From positions 1-24,769 of the IMG/VR virus record IMGVR_UViG_3300029171_000045: a stretch of 24,769 nt of DNA, one strand, 5' to 3'. The DNA comes from a virus (lineage: Duplodnaviria; Caudoviricetes). Below, piece by piece: positions 1-8,533 of the stretch. The first letter of the stretch is position 1, and each line of letters begins with the position of its first letter. The notes under the pieces were generated by a model. That model had not been told where the DNA came from, did no database searches, and saw nothing but the letters and a program-made list of their open reading frames with translations. The position numbers and the translations under genes were made by a program.

Positions 1-21
1 CCCCCTTTTTTAATCCGTTTA

Positions 22-462
22 ATGTCCAGGGCAAAAATACCCATGAGGGCAACGGTAAAGCCTGAGGAAAGGATATCGATCCAGTTTGCGGATGGGCTAA
101 GGGAATATACCCTTACAGGCCAATTAACCGCATGTTGGCACCACAATCCCAATGAAGGAAAAAGACATCCCTTCACAGCGCTTATAATGAAGGCAATGGG
201 TTTGATATCAGGTGTAGGGGATTTTACTTTTACATGGGGCTCTTTAGAGCTTGAGGGAAATTTTTATAGACCTTCTGGTGGAGGCCACATCGAAATGAAA
301 TTTGGCAAGGGAAAACAGACCCCCTTGCAGCAAGATTACCAATCGTGGTGTGAGTTAAATGGCGTACCATACGTGATATGCCGTACACCCACGGAAGGCC
401 TTGACGTGTTAAAGAATTGGAAAGTTTTAGATGCTAAAGTGGAGTACAAACCTATGCCTTAG
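22..462 (+). CDS. VRR-NUC / PD-(D/E)XK family nuclease (Holliday junction resolvase-like)
   Basis: 146 aa ORF with HNPNEGKR, GVGD, IEMK.GKGKQTPLQ..YQ.W....G..Y.ICR, the usual VRR-NUC pattern of phage early regions. The ATG overlaps a TAA (TAATG), suggesting an upstream gene cut by the window edge. Confidence 0.8.
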   Translation: MSRAKIPMRATVKPEERISIQFADGLREYTLTGQLTACWHHNPNEGKRHPFTALIMKAMGLISGVGDFTFTWGSLELEGNFYRPSGGGHIEMKFGKGKQTPLQQDYQSWCELNGVPYVICRTPTEGLDVLKNWKVLDAKVEYKPMP

Positions 463-520
463 GCTCCTCCCTCCCGTATTTAATATTATACTACAAGTTG
501 TCATCGGACACCACATAATA

Positions 521-557
521 TAAATTATACGATCTTTAATTTTTAAAGTATAATTTA
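521..557. promoter_or_regulatory. 10 bp inverted repeat (operator-like) containing a TATAAT -10 box upstream of the replication gene
   Basis: TAAATTATAC (521-530) and GTATAATTTA (548-557) are exact reverse complements. TATAAT lies at 549-554, within an AT-rich 140 nt intergenic gap. Confidence 0.45.
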
Positions 558-603
558 CTATTTGGTAGTCCGGCCTATTAAGAGATTAATTGGACGTACT
601 TAC

Positions 604-1398
604 ATGGCGGAATTTCCTGCACTACCACTTCAAACCGAAAAGTTTCTTGCCGACACCCGCCACCTAACTACACAACAGGTTGGCGCTTATATGCTTATGC
701 TAATGATGGCGTGGCGGCAAGAAGACAATTCATTGCCCAATGATGACGAATATCTTGCGCGTATTACTGGCCTTGGAAAAAAGACTTGGGAGAAAAATAA
801 AGGCACACTTTTGGAGTTCTGGAAGTTAAAAGTTAATAATCGGTGGTCGCAAAAAAAATTAGATGATGTGAAATTTTTCGTTCAGCAAAAGAGAAAACAG
901 AATTCGCAAGCTGGTATTGCTAGTGCATTGAAAAGAAAGGAAACAGCTTCAACGGATGTTATAATTACGTTGCAACACGGCGCCAGCATAAATCCAACCT
1001 ATAATAGCCATAGCAATAGTAGTAAGGAAGTAAGTAAGAAAGTAAGTGTAGAGAGAGAGGATGCGCGTGAGGATGAAAAACCACCTGGCAAACCTCCGCC
1101 TAACCCACCCGATTTTGAAATCAAAAATTTTGATGATGCTTTTGCTGGCTGCTGCTTGCTGCTTGGGGTTAAAGCACTGTCTAGGGCTGACCAGGAATTG
1201 CTTGCTAGTTGGTATGATCGGGGGGATTTTGTGAGCCACATTGTGCCACTGATGAAGGAAAAAACCGCCAAGTTTATGCAAAAAAACGGCGGTAAAGCGC
1301 CAAAATCTCTAGCTTATTTTGCAAAAGCGGTGGATGAAACGATGCCAACGCACCAAATAATCTCGGGACTTGCAATGCAATTTGCGGCACCTCCCTAG
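604..1398 (+). CDS. Phage replication initiator, DUF1376/YdaU-type N-terminal winged helix
   Basis: MAEFPALPLQTEKFLADTRHLTTQQVGAYMLMLMMAW...LPNDDEYLARI matches the DUF1376 N-terminus, followed by NSQAGIASALKR, a low-complexity linker and a C-terminal PKSLAYF motif. The ATG at 604 is preferred over the TTG at 562 because the family motif starts there. Confidence 0.8.
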   Translation: MAEFPALPLQTEKFLADTRHLTTQQVGAYMLMLMMAWRQEDNSLPNDDEYLARITGLGKKTWEKNKGTLLEFWKLKVNNRWSQKKLDDVKFFVQQKRKQNSQAGIASALKRKETASTDVIITLQHGASINPTYNSHSNSSKEVSKKVSVEREDAREDEKPPGKPPPNPPDFEIKNFDDAFAGCCLLLGVKALSRADQELLASWYDRGDFVSHIVPLMKEKTAKFMQKNGGKAPKSLAYFAKAVDETMPTHQIISGLAMQFAAPP

Positions 1399-1446
1399 AA
1401 TCTTTGCTTAGTGACTGAAAAACAATGAAATTTAATGGTAACGTGA

Positions 1447-1722
1447 ATGGAAAAAATCTGTGAACACTGCAAAACGGAATTTGAGGCAAACCGTGACTTT
1501 CAACGGTTTTGCGCTGAGGAATGCCAGATGAAAGCAGTCAGGGCAAGAAGGCAAAAACAAAAAAGGCTGCAAATGGCTGAAATGGTTAAGAAATATGGGG
1601 TAAAGACTATGCTGCAAATGCAGGCAAAAGCCCAGGAAAGACGAAAAAAAGTAATTTACCAAAACAACCAAGAATACCGCGCTGCACTGAACGAAAAAAT
1701 ACAGAGGCACAAGACAATATGA
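1447..1722 (+). CDS. Small basic zinc-finger protein
   Basis: CEHC...F......QRFCAEEC (CxxC-x12-CxxxC) followed by a K/R-rich helix; ATGA overlap with the next gene. Confidence 0.65.
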   Translation: MEKICEHCKTEFEANRDFQRFCAEECQMKAVRARRQKQKRLQMAEMVKKYGVKTMLQMQAKAQERRKKVIYQNNQEYRAALNEKIQRHKTI

Positions 1723-2384
1723 CTGAAATCGATGATGTTTTTGGGAAGAACTTTAGCCATTGGAAACATTTAACTTTAGAAAATGAGGAAAAAAATATGA
1801 AAAACAATGTATTGTGGTATGTTTTTGATTTAAGTTGGGGTACGCTTTCATCCACCCATGAAAGCTATGCAGAGGCGTTTACGCATGCTGAAAACAAATT
1901 GAAAAAAAAACCAAAAGGCCATTACCAAATCCTGAAGTGCGAAGCGGAAGTTTTTAATCGCAATGACTTGCAGGTCGTTGAACCGCAAAGCAAGCCAAGC
2001 GGCAATTGGGGGCATGACGAGGTTAAGTTTGAAGAGCAAGGCACTGGGGATAATTCGGAACACCGGGATGATGCTATTTCGTATTTTTCCGGACAAATCC
2101 ATAATCCGCGTTTTTATTCAGGAAAAATCCCATTAACCCCATACGGCGAAGCCTGTAAAGCCAACCGGTTCGATCCTAAGCTTATTCCACTTGTCCCAAG
2201 TGATGTGGGTAACGTGGTGCTGGTAGACGGCCTTGGTGATCGCCATCTTATGACTTCCTACGAAAGTTCCAGAGAACCCGCTTGTGTAAAAGCAGGGGAA
2301 TGGAGATTCACAGCCACCGGGGTTTTTAAAGCTGATGAGAGGGTTTTAGATATTGCCTATTACTACCGCCTGGATAGGAAATAG
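1719..2384 (+). CDS. Hypothetical phage protein (alternative start at 1797)
   Basis: 221 aa ORF coupled to the upstream gene by ATGA. It contains a W.V......H.SYAEA...A.....KPKGHYQILK segment typical of small phage proteins. Confidence 0.6.
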   Translation: MTEIDDVFGKNFSHWKHLTLENEEKNMKNNVLWYVFDLSWGTLSSTHESYAEAFTHAENKLKKKPKGHYQILKCEAEVFNRNDLQVVEPQSKPSGNWGHDEVKFEEQGTGDNSEHRDDAISYFSGQIHNPRFYSGKIPLTPYGEACKANRFDPKLIPLVPSDVGNVVLVDGLGDRHLMTSYESSREPACVKAGEWRFTATGVFKADERVLDIAYYYRLDRK

Positions 2385-2386
2385 CC

Positions 2387-2605
2387 ATGCAAGCAAACGA
2401 TAACCCCAACAACGTCCACCACATCGACGACTACCGTCAGTACGCAGTTAGTGAGTTAATCTGCATTAAATGCTTTTTTAGGGGTGTTGTTAAGTTTCCT
2501 GTAGGGGCTAAGCTAAAAAACCTATCTTGCGTCTGTGGGGCTACGGGAACGATAATAGGGACGGGGTGTGGCGTTGTTGTCGAGGGTTTCGACAATGCAG
2601 AGTGA
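2387..2605 (+). CDS. Small zinc-ribbon protein with N-terminal ANDN motif
   Basis: CIKC...SCVCG; starts 2 nt after the previous stop; begins MQANDN. Confidence 0.6.
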   Translation: MQANDNPNNVHHIDDYRQYAVSELICIKCFFRGVVKFPVGAKLKNLSCVCGATGTIIGTGCGVVVEGFDNAE

Positions 2606-2753
2606 GTTCTTTGAAGAACGTGCTGCCATTAAAGAATTTGATGGTGGTATGTCTAGGGAACAAGCAGAAAAAGAAGCGAAGATTGAGGTGTTGATAGAGT
2701 TTAATGAATTGTTAAAAACAAGGAGTATTTATGACAAAAGCAAGAAAAACTAA
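2595..2753 (+). CDS. Small phage protein with EERAAI.E.DGG.SRE.AE motif
   Basis: In-frame ATG at 2595 gives MQSEFFEERAAIKEFDGGMSREQAEKEAK, a recurrent short phage motif often seen near replication/primase genes. Confidence 0.65.
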   Translation: MQSEFFEERAAIKEFDGGMSREQAEKEAKIEVLIEFNELLKTRSIYDKSKKN

Positions 2754-3105
2754 AGTTACTAAGACAGCTAAGCCAAAGGCAAAAAAAATAGAAAAGCCTA
2801 TTGATAGCAAAGTGCTAGCAGTATGCAAGCCTGTTGCTATCCCAGCGGCAAAGACAGAATCTCTCGCTCAGATTATTTCCTGCGTTGAGGATTCAGCATT
2901 TTACCAGACCTTCAAAACTCCACATGGTGGGGATGAGAAGATTTCTTGGGTGCTAATTGACCGCTTGAAAGTTAAGCTAAAAATCGATGGCTACATGGAC
3001 ATAGCAACCCTAATTAAGATGGCAGATGAAAGGGTTATGAAGATATTTTTAGATGGAAAAGCAGAATCTTATGTGAAAGCACTGGAAATTATCGTGGATG
3101 AGTAG
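2731..3105 (+). CDS. Hypothetical protein with Lys-rich N-terminus
   Basis: 124 aa ORF with an AAGGAG ribosome site at about 2719-2724; N-terminus MTKARKTKVTKTAKPKAKK. Confidence 0.7.
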   Translation: MTKARKTKVTKTAKPKAKKIEKPIDSKVLAVCKPVAIPAAKTESLAQIISCVEDSAFYQTFKTPHGGDEKISWVLIDRLKVKLKIDGYMDIATLIKMADERVMKIFLDGKAESYVKALEIIVDE

Positions 3106-3154
3106 TATTTTCGTTCTTTAATTGAATAATGTTTAAAATAAATTTAATGACAAA

Positions 3155-3622
3155 ATGCAAATAATCCAACGTAAAATATCAACATTGAAACCAGCAGAAT
3201 ATAACCCGCGCCGGTTGACTGATAAGCAATACCAGAACCTTAAAGATTCGCTGGAAAATTTTGATGTTGTAGAGCCAGCAGTTATCAATATGCATCATGA
3301 TCGCAAGAATGTGATTATAGGTGGGCACCAACGCATAAAGGTTGCAAAAGATCTGGGGTACAAAGAGTTCCCATGCGTTGAAATAAGCCTACCTATTGAA
3401 AAAGAAAAGGAGCTTAACATCCGCCTTAACAAAAATACGGGTGAGTTTGATTTTGATATGCTTGCCAATGAATTTGAGACAGGGGACTTGGTGCATTGGG
3501 GATTTGAATTAAAGGAATTAGATATACCTAATTTTGAGTCTGCCCCTGAAGAGGAGCAGGGTAAGTTAGATGAGAAAGCAAAGATACAATGCCCTGAATG
3601 CGGATATGAATTTGAAAATTGA
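3155..3622 (+). CDS. ParB N-terminal (ParB/Srx) domain protein with C-terminal zinc ribbon
   Basis: LKPAEYNPR...LKDSLENFDVVEP...IIGGHQR...EKELNIRLNK.TGEFD and terminal CPECGYEF. Confidence 0.88.
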   Translation: MQIIQRKISTLKPAEYNPRRLTDKQYQNLKDSLENFDVVEPAVINMHHDRKNVIIGGHQRIKVAKDLGYKEFPCVEISLPIEKEKELNIRLNKNTGEFDFDMLANEFETGDLVHWGFELKELDIPNFESAPEEEQGKLDEKAKIQCPECGYEFEN

Positions 3623-3633
3623 TAAGGCTGCTT

Positions 3634-3999
3634 ATGCCTAAAAAACCCTACAATACCAACACCTTAAAAAGGAAAGAGCGGTTTCTTGATAACTTAAAAA
3701 AATATCATGGGCTTATTTCTTTAGCGGCTGAGGCTTCGGGTATTGACCGTAGCACTATTTATGACTGGAAAAAATCCGATGATAATTTTGCTAAGAGCAT
3801 GGCAGAAATTCAGGAAAGGGTAGGGGATTTTGTGGAATCTAAGTTGTTGAATAATATAAGTAAAGGCTTGGAAACATCCATTATATTTTACTGCAAGACC
3901 AAATTGCGGGAGCGCGGGTACAAGGAAAAACAAGAGATTACTGGCGAAGATGGCAGTCCGATGAAAGTGACATTCGAGGTGCTTAAGAAGCAACTATGA
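3634..3999 (+). CDS. terS: Terminase small subunit (HTH type)
   Basis: KERFLDNL...GLISLAAEASGIDRSTIYDW...D..F...DFVESKL...SIIFY.K.K.RERGY...EITGEDGSP. It lies directly upstream of terL and overlaps it (ATGA). Confidence 0.85.
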   Translation: MPKKPYNTNTLKRKERFLDNLKKYHGLISLAAEASGIDRSTIYDWKKSDDNFAKSMAEIQERVGDFVESKLLNNISKGLETSIIFYCKTKLRERGYKEKQEITGEDGSPMKVTFEVLKKQL

Positions 4000-5363
4000 A
4001 AATCCGTTATGATTACAGTGATGTCCCAACCATTCAGGCTTTCAGCGAGAGTGACGCACAAGTGCGTGGTCTTATGGGGCCATTTGGCAGTGGGAAGTCG
4101 TCTGGTTGCGTGGTTGAAATGGTGCATCGTGCCAATATGCAAGCGCCAGGGCCTGATGGGATACGTAGGACGCGCTTTGCTGCTGTGAGGAATACCTATA
4201 GCCAGCTTGAGGATACAACGCTCAAAACGGTGCTAGATTGGTTGCCTCCACAACACTTTGGCACGTACAATTCCTCCGAGCATACTTACCATGTCGAAGG
4301 CTTTCAGGGCGTAGAGATGGAAATCATGTTCCGTGCGCTCGATAGGCCAGACCACGTACGTAAACTGCTATCCTTGGAGCTTACCGGCGCATGGGGAAAT
4401 GAGGCGAGGGAACTACCTTATGTTATCGTCAAGAGCTTGCTAGGCCGCTGTGGGCGCTATCCCTCACAAAAGGACGGTGGTTGCACCTGGTACGGTGTGT
4501 TTATGGACACCAACCCCCCTGACGTGGATAGCTGGTGGTATAAGCTTTTTGAATTAGATAAGCCCTCTAATTGCGCCATATTCAAGCAGCCAGGTGGGCT
4601 AAGTGATAAGGCAGAAAACCTAAGCAACCTGATACCAGGATATTACCAATCGCAGTATGAGCTTAATAAAGGCGATCCTGAATGGGTAAAGGTCTATGTG
4701 CATGGTGAATATGGATTTGTCGTAGATGGCAAACCCGTTTACCCGGAATATAAGGACTCCATACATTGCAAAGAGGTGGAGGCTGTAAAGGGATTGCCGA
4801 TCTTAAGAGGATGGGATTTTGGTTTAACACCCGCATGTATACTATTGCAACAACTGCCAAATGGCCGGGTAATTTTCATTGATGAGCTAGTCAGTGAGGA
4901 TATGGGGATTGAACGATTCGGGACGGTAGTACTTGACCATTTTGGCAAGGAATATGGGAGCTTCGCATCTTCAGATGTTGGTGATCCCGCCGGGACAGTG
5001 AAGGCACAAACGGATGAACGGAGTTGTTTTGATATATTACACGGCATGGGAATTAAAATAAAACCAGCCCAGCAATCCCCAAAAATCAGGATTGAGAGCG
5101 TCAAGAAGCCATTAAACATGCTGATAGATGGTGAACCAGGGTTGTTGGTATCACCTAAGTGTAAAACACTCCGCAAAGGTTTCCAAGGGGGCTACCAATA
5201 CCGCCGCATGCAAACAAGTGGTGAACGTTATACTGATAAACCCGACAAAAACCAATACAGCCATATACACGATGCTGCGCAATATGCTTGCTCATCGCTG
5301 TTTAGTGGTAGCCTGCAACAGAAAAGCAGCCAAACAATTGATTATGACGATCTTTATGCTTAA
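3996..5363 (+). CDS. terL: Terminase large subunit
   Basis: Walker A GPFGSGKS, RFAAVRNTY, Walker B-like AWGNEARE, DTNPP coupling motif, and nuclease motifs GWDFG.TPA, GDPAG and SHIHDA.QY. Confidence 0.95.
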   Translation: MKIRYDYSDVPTIQAFSESDAQVRGLMGPFGSGKSSGCVVEMVHRANMQAPGPDGIRRTRFAAVRNTYSQLEDTTLKTVLDWLPPQHFGTYNSSEHTYHVEGFQGVEMEIMFRALDRPDHVRKLLSLELTGAWGNEARELPYVIVKSLLGRCGRYPSQKDGGCTWYGVFMDTNPPDVDSWWYKLFELDKPSNCAIFKQPGGLSDKAENLSNLIPGYYQSQYELNKGDPEWVKVYVHGEYGFVVDGKPVYPEYKDSIHCKEVEAVKGLPILRGWDFGLTPACILLQQLPNGRVIFIDELVSEDMGIERFGTVVLDHFGKEYGSFASSDVGDPAGTVKAQTDERSCFDILHGMGIKIKPAQQSPKIRIESVKKPLNMLIDGEPGLLVSPKCKTLRKGFQGGYQYRRMQTSGERYTDKPDKNQYSHIHDAAQYACSSLFSGSLQQKSSQTIDYDDLYA

Positions 5364-5374
5364 GGAGCAAAGAT

Positions 5375-7459
5375 ATGGATGATAACAAAACGCAATATGA
5401 CGATAAAAGCATAAACCCAGAACGCAAGGTGGAAATTTTGGAACTTGCCTCGAAACGGTTTTCAGATTTTATTACAGCATCTGAATGGTGGTATATCAAT
5501 GAGTTAAAATCAAGTTATGCTATCTATGAAGGTGAGCAATGGAGCGAAGAGGCCAAAAGAAAATATGAAGCAGATGGAATAGAGATTTTTACAATTAACA
5601 AGACTGCCCCGATTGTGGATGCGATTTCTGGCTTTGAAATCCAAAACCGGACAGAGGTGAATTACCAGCCCCGCCTGAGTGATGAGGATAGTAGGGGTTT
5701 TTCGGACATAGCCTCCAGTGCTGTTAAATATTTTGAAAGCGATGCTTTTATTCCTGAGCAAAATTCCCATGCATTTTTGGATATGATAAAATGTGGCGTA
5801 GGGGCTACCCATACCACGTTTAACTATGAAGATAACCCTAGCGGCGAAGTGGAAATTGATAGGATTTTTCCTGGCATGGTGATGTGGGATCCAGCAGCCC
5901 GCAAAAAAAATATCAAAGATGCAAATTGGGTGGCTCGCGTTAAAGTTGTTGATAGTGATGTGATCGGCCAAGAATTTGGCATCCAAAATGATGGCACAGG
6001 ATTAACCGACTATGGATTTGATTTCACAAGGTTTTATGAATGGTATGATGGCTCTTTGCGCGGCGGAAAACTATCCGCAGTAATTGAGTATGAGTGGCGG
6101 GAGAAGAAGCCCATATACCGCGTAGAAAATCCTTTTTATGGGGTGGAGTCCGCTGAACAAGAAGGTCAAAATATGATTGACCCGGACTCATTGGCCTTTA
6201 TTGCGCAGTATAAACAGATCGCCAAGGAACGTTATGACATTACCCTGGAGGATAAAATTGTAACAATGATGCCTTTTGAATACCGCCAATTCCGCAAGGA
6301 TATGAAGGCATTGGATATATCTCCTAAAGCGACTAATCAAAAGATTTATCATTATTATCGCTGCATAATTGCCGACGGTAAATTGGTTGAATCGGGGGAA
6401 AACTACTCTCAAACAGGTTTTTCCATTAAATTTATGACAGGAAAATACAGCGAGACGCGCCAGTGTTTTTTTGGGGTTGTGAGGGCTGCAAGGGAGCCGC
6501 AACGTTTGCTAAATGAGTCTGTAAGTGATTACAAGGGTTATCTTTCTACTATCCCTAAAGGCGGGGTAGAAATCGAAAAAGGCGCGGTATCTGATTCAAA
6601 AGCTTTTATCCGAAACTATAGCAAAGCAAAACGTGTCACTATTTATGAAGATGGTGCATTAAGCCAAGGTAAAGTAAGGGCAAAAGTTGCGCCCCCATTA
6701 CCGCCGGGCATGGTGGAGATGGTGCCACAAGCTGGTCAATGGATGATGGAAAGTGTGGGTATCGATAATAATTTCATGGGGCAGATGGATAGTAAACTTA
6801 TGACTGCGCAATTACAGAGGCAGATCATAAGGCAAGGACTTACGACACTGTCGGTGTATTTTGATGCTAAGACCAACTATATGATTGATCACGGGAAATT
6901 ATTGATAGACTGCGTCCGCATTATGGCTGAAAATTCCCCCGGACGGTTGATCCGTAACGTGGCGGGGCAAGGGACGGCTAAATATCTTCCCTTATTTACC
7001 GATAACATCGCGGCGGAATATGATGTGGTTGTTGGTGAGGTGCCACAAACGCCAGGAGAACGCCAGGAAACCTTCTCCACTTTGGTAGAACTTTCGGATA
7101 AGCTAATGACAACTAAGGGTGTTGACATACTGCCAGTGGTGATGCGCTACTCGCCGCTGAAAAAGGCGGAGGTAGACGAAGTACTAGAACTTACCAAGCC
7201 AGTACCACAACAGCCTGATCCGCTCAACCAAATGCTTATAGAGTCCCAGATTGCCTTACAGCAAGCAAATGCGGCGAAACTTAAGGCCGATGCAACTAAA
7301 ATCCAATTGGAAGCATTATTAGCGCAAAAACAGTTGGAAACATACGATCAAGAAAAAGAAGCTGATATCACTGAAACAATGAGTACAGCAGTTTTGAACC
7401 AAGCAAAGGCTCACCAAACAGTAATGCCAGTGCAAATTAACACGCAAAATAGGGGATAA
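5375..7459 (+). CDS. Portal protein (P22-like)
   Basis: 694 aa after terL; YEGEQW..E, TINK.AP.VD.ISG.EIQNR, WDPAA....KDA.W, FGVVRAAREPQR.LN, YDVVV.E.P.TP.ER, and a Q/A-rich C-terminal coiled-coil barrel. Confidence 0.92.
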   Translation: MDDNKTQYDDKSINPERKVEILELASKRFSDFITASEWWYINELKSSYAIYEGEQWSEEAKRKYEADGIEIFTINKTAPIVDAISGFEIQNRTEVNYQPRLSDEDSRGFSDIASSAVKYFESDAFIPEQNSHAFLDMIKCGVGATHTTFNYEDNPSGEVEIDRIFPGMVMWDPAARKKNIKDANWVARVKVVDSDVIGQEFGIQNDGTGLTDYGFDFTRFYEWYDGSLRGGKLSAVIEYEWREKKPIYRVENPFYGVESAEQEGQNMIDPDSLAFIAQYKQIAKERYDITLEDKIVTMMPFEYRQFRKDMKALDISPKATNQKIYHYYRCIIADGKLVESGENYSQTGFSIKFMTGKYSETRQCFFGVVRAAREPQRLLNESVSDYKGYLSTIPKGGVEIEKGAVSDSKAFIRNYSKAKRVTIYEDGALSQGKVRAKVAPPLPPGMVEMVPQAGQWMMESVGIDNNFMGQMDSKLMTAQLQRQIIRQGLTTLSVYFDAKTNYMIDHGKLLIDCVRIMAENSPGRLIRNVAGQGTAKYLPLFTDNIAAEYDVVVGEVPQTPGERQETFSTLVELSDKLMTTKGVDILPVVMRYSPLKKAEVDEVLELTKPVPQQPDPLNQMLIESQIALQQANAAKLKADATKIQLEALLAQKQLETYDQEKEADITETMSTAVLNQAKAHQTVMPVQINTQNRG

Positions 7460-7462
7460 ACT

Positions 7463-8464
7463 ATGACCGATACATCCATTGAAAATATTACCAACCCAGA
7501 ATCTTTCCGTCAGATGCTTGCTGAGGTGCAGGGTTCCCCACAAGAAAGTGATTCTGTAGAACCTTCTGAAGACCAGGAAAGCCAAGGGGAAACCCCTGAT
7601 GTTCCCACAACGCAAGAAGATATGGAAACAGAACCCAAAAATGAGGGACAAAACCAAGACGACGAAGATGACGAAGATGGCTATGAACTTCACAAAAATG
7701 AAAATGGCGCTTTTGTTTCGCTTGGTGCAATGAAGAGAAAATCACAAGCAAACAAGGCATTAAAGGAACAGCTTAACAAACAACGTGAAGATTATATCGC
7801 GTTGAAAACGCAATATGATGCCATACAAGAGGCCATTAAGGAATTTATTCCTGCTAAAAATCAAGATTTCCAATCTTCAAATGATGATTTTGAACCACTA
7901 GATAGTGAAGCAGATCAACGCTATAAAAAGGAAATTAATACATTAAGGCAAGCGCAAGAAGAAACAAAGCATGCATTGGAATATCAACAAATGAGTATGG
8001 GAATTTCACAGATGGAACAGCAATTTTCTGTGACAGTCCCAGATTATGCGGATGCTGTAAATTTCTTGGCAAATAAGCAGATTGAAGAGGCTGCGGTATT
8101 CTTTGGTAAATCAAAGGATCAAGTCCATGATGCAGCTAAGGCGGCTTTAAGCCATATTGTGCACATATCTTATACTCAAGGCCGCAATCCTTCAGAAGTT
8201 ATATATAACTTGGCTAAAGCTAAAGGATTTACTGCGAAGAAAACAGCATCACCTCAGAAGGCAGAATCGGATATTGATGCGATCAATAAAAATATGAAAC
8301 GCAGTGCGTCCATTAATGGCATACCTTCATCTTCTGCGCCGTCTTCTAATGGAGCGTATCAGATCACCAATGAAAAATGGCAAGGTTTACTAAATGAGAA
8401 GAATGGTGTCGATAAAGATGCGTTTCACAAAGAGTTAGAACGTCTTAAAAAACTATCATCTTAA
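7463..8464 (+). CDS. Capsid scaffolding protein
   Basis: Between portal and capsid; acidic disordered N-terminus, coiled-coil middle, PDYADAV, RNPSEVIYNLAK, and a short C-terminal helical coat-binding-like segment. Confidence 0.8.
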   Translation: MTDTSIENITNPESFRQMLAEVQGSPQESDSVEPSEDQESQGETPDVPTTQEDMETEPKNEGQNQDDEDDEDGYELHKNENGAFVSLGAMKRKSQANKALKEQLNKQREDYIALKTQYDAIQEAIKEFIPAKNQDFQSSNDDFEPLDSEADQRYKKEINTLRQAQEETKHALEYQQMSMGISQMEQQFSVTVPDYADAVNFLANKQIEEAAVFFGKSKDQVHDAAKAALSHIVHISYTQGRNPSEVIYNLAKAKGFTAKKTASPQKAESDIDAINKNMKRSASINGIPSSSAPSSNGAYQITNEKWQGLLNEKNGVDKDAFHKELERLKKLSS

Positions 8465-8488
8465 ATTAAATATTGTTCAAAATATGTA

Positions 8489-8517
8489 TTGCTTTACAAT
8501 GCGGAGTGCGATAATAT
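8489..8517 (+). promoter_or_regulatory. Putative sigma70-type promoter for the capsid gene
   Basis: TTGCTT (8489-8494), 17 nt spacer, TAATAT (8512-8517), with AT-rich sequence upstream. Confidence 0.5.
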
Positions 8518-8533
8518 TGAACTATCGCACTCC
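8503..8533. repeat. Perfect 11 bp inverted repeat overlapping the putative -10 and start site
   Basis: GGAGTGCGATA (8503-8513), 9 nt spacer, TATCGCACTCC (8523-8533). Confidence 0.9.

Noticed and set aside
1902-1910. A9 run as a phase-variation or frameshift site
   Set aside because: It encodes Lys codons in an A-rich early region where A7-A8 runs are common; nothing else supports it.
2163-2180. GGTTCGATCC resembling a tRNA T-loop
   Set aside because: The flanks do not form a T-stem or cloverleaf, and it lies inside a CDS.
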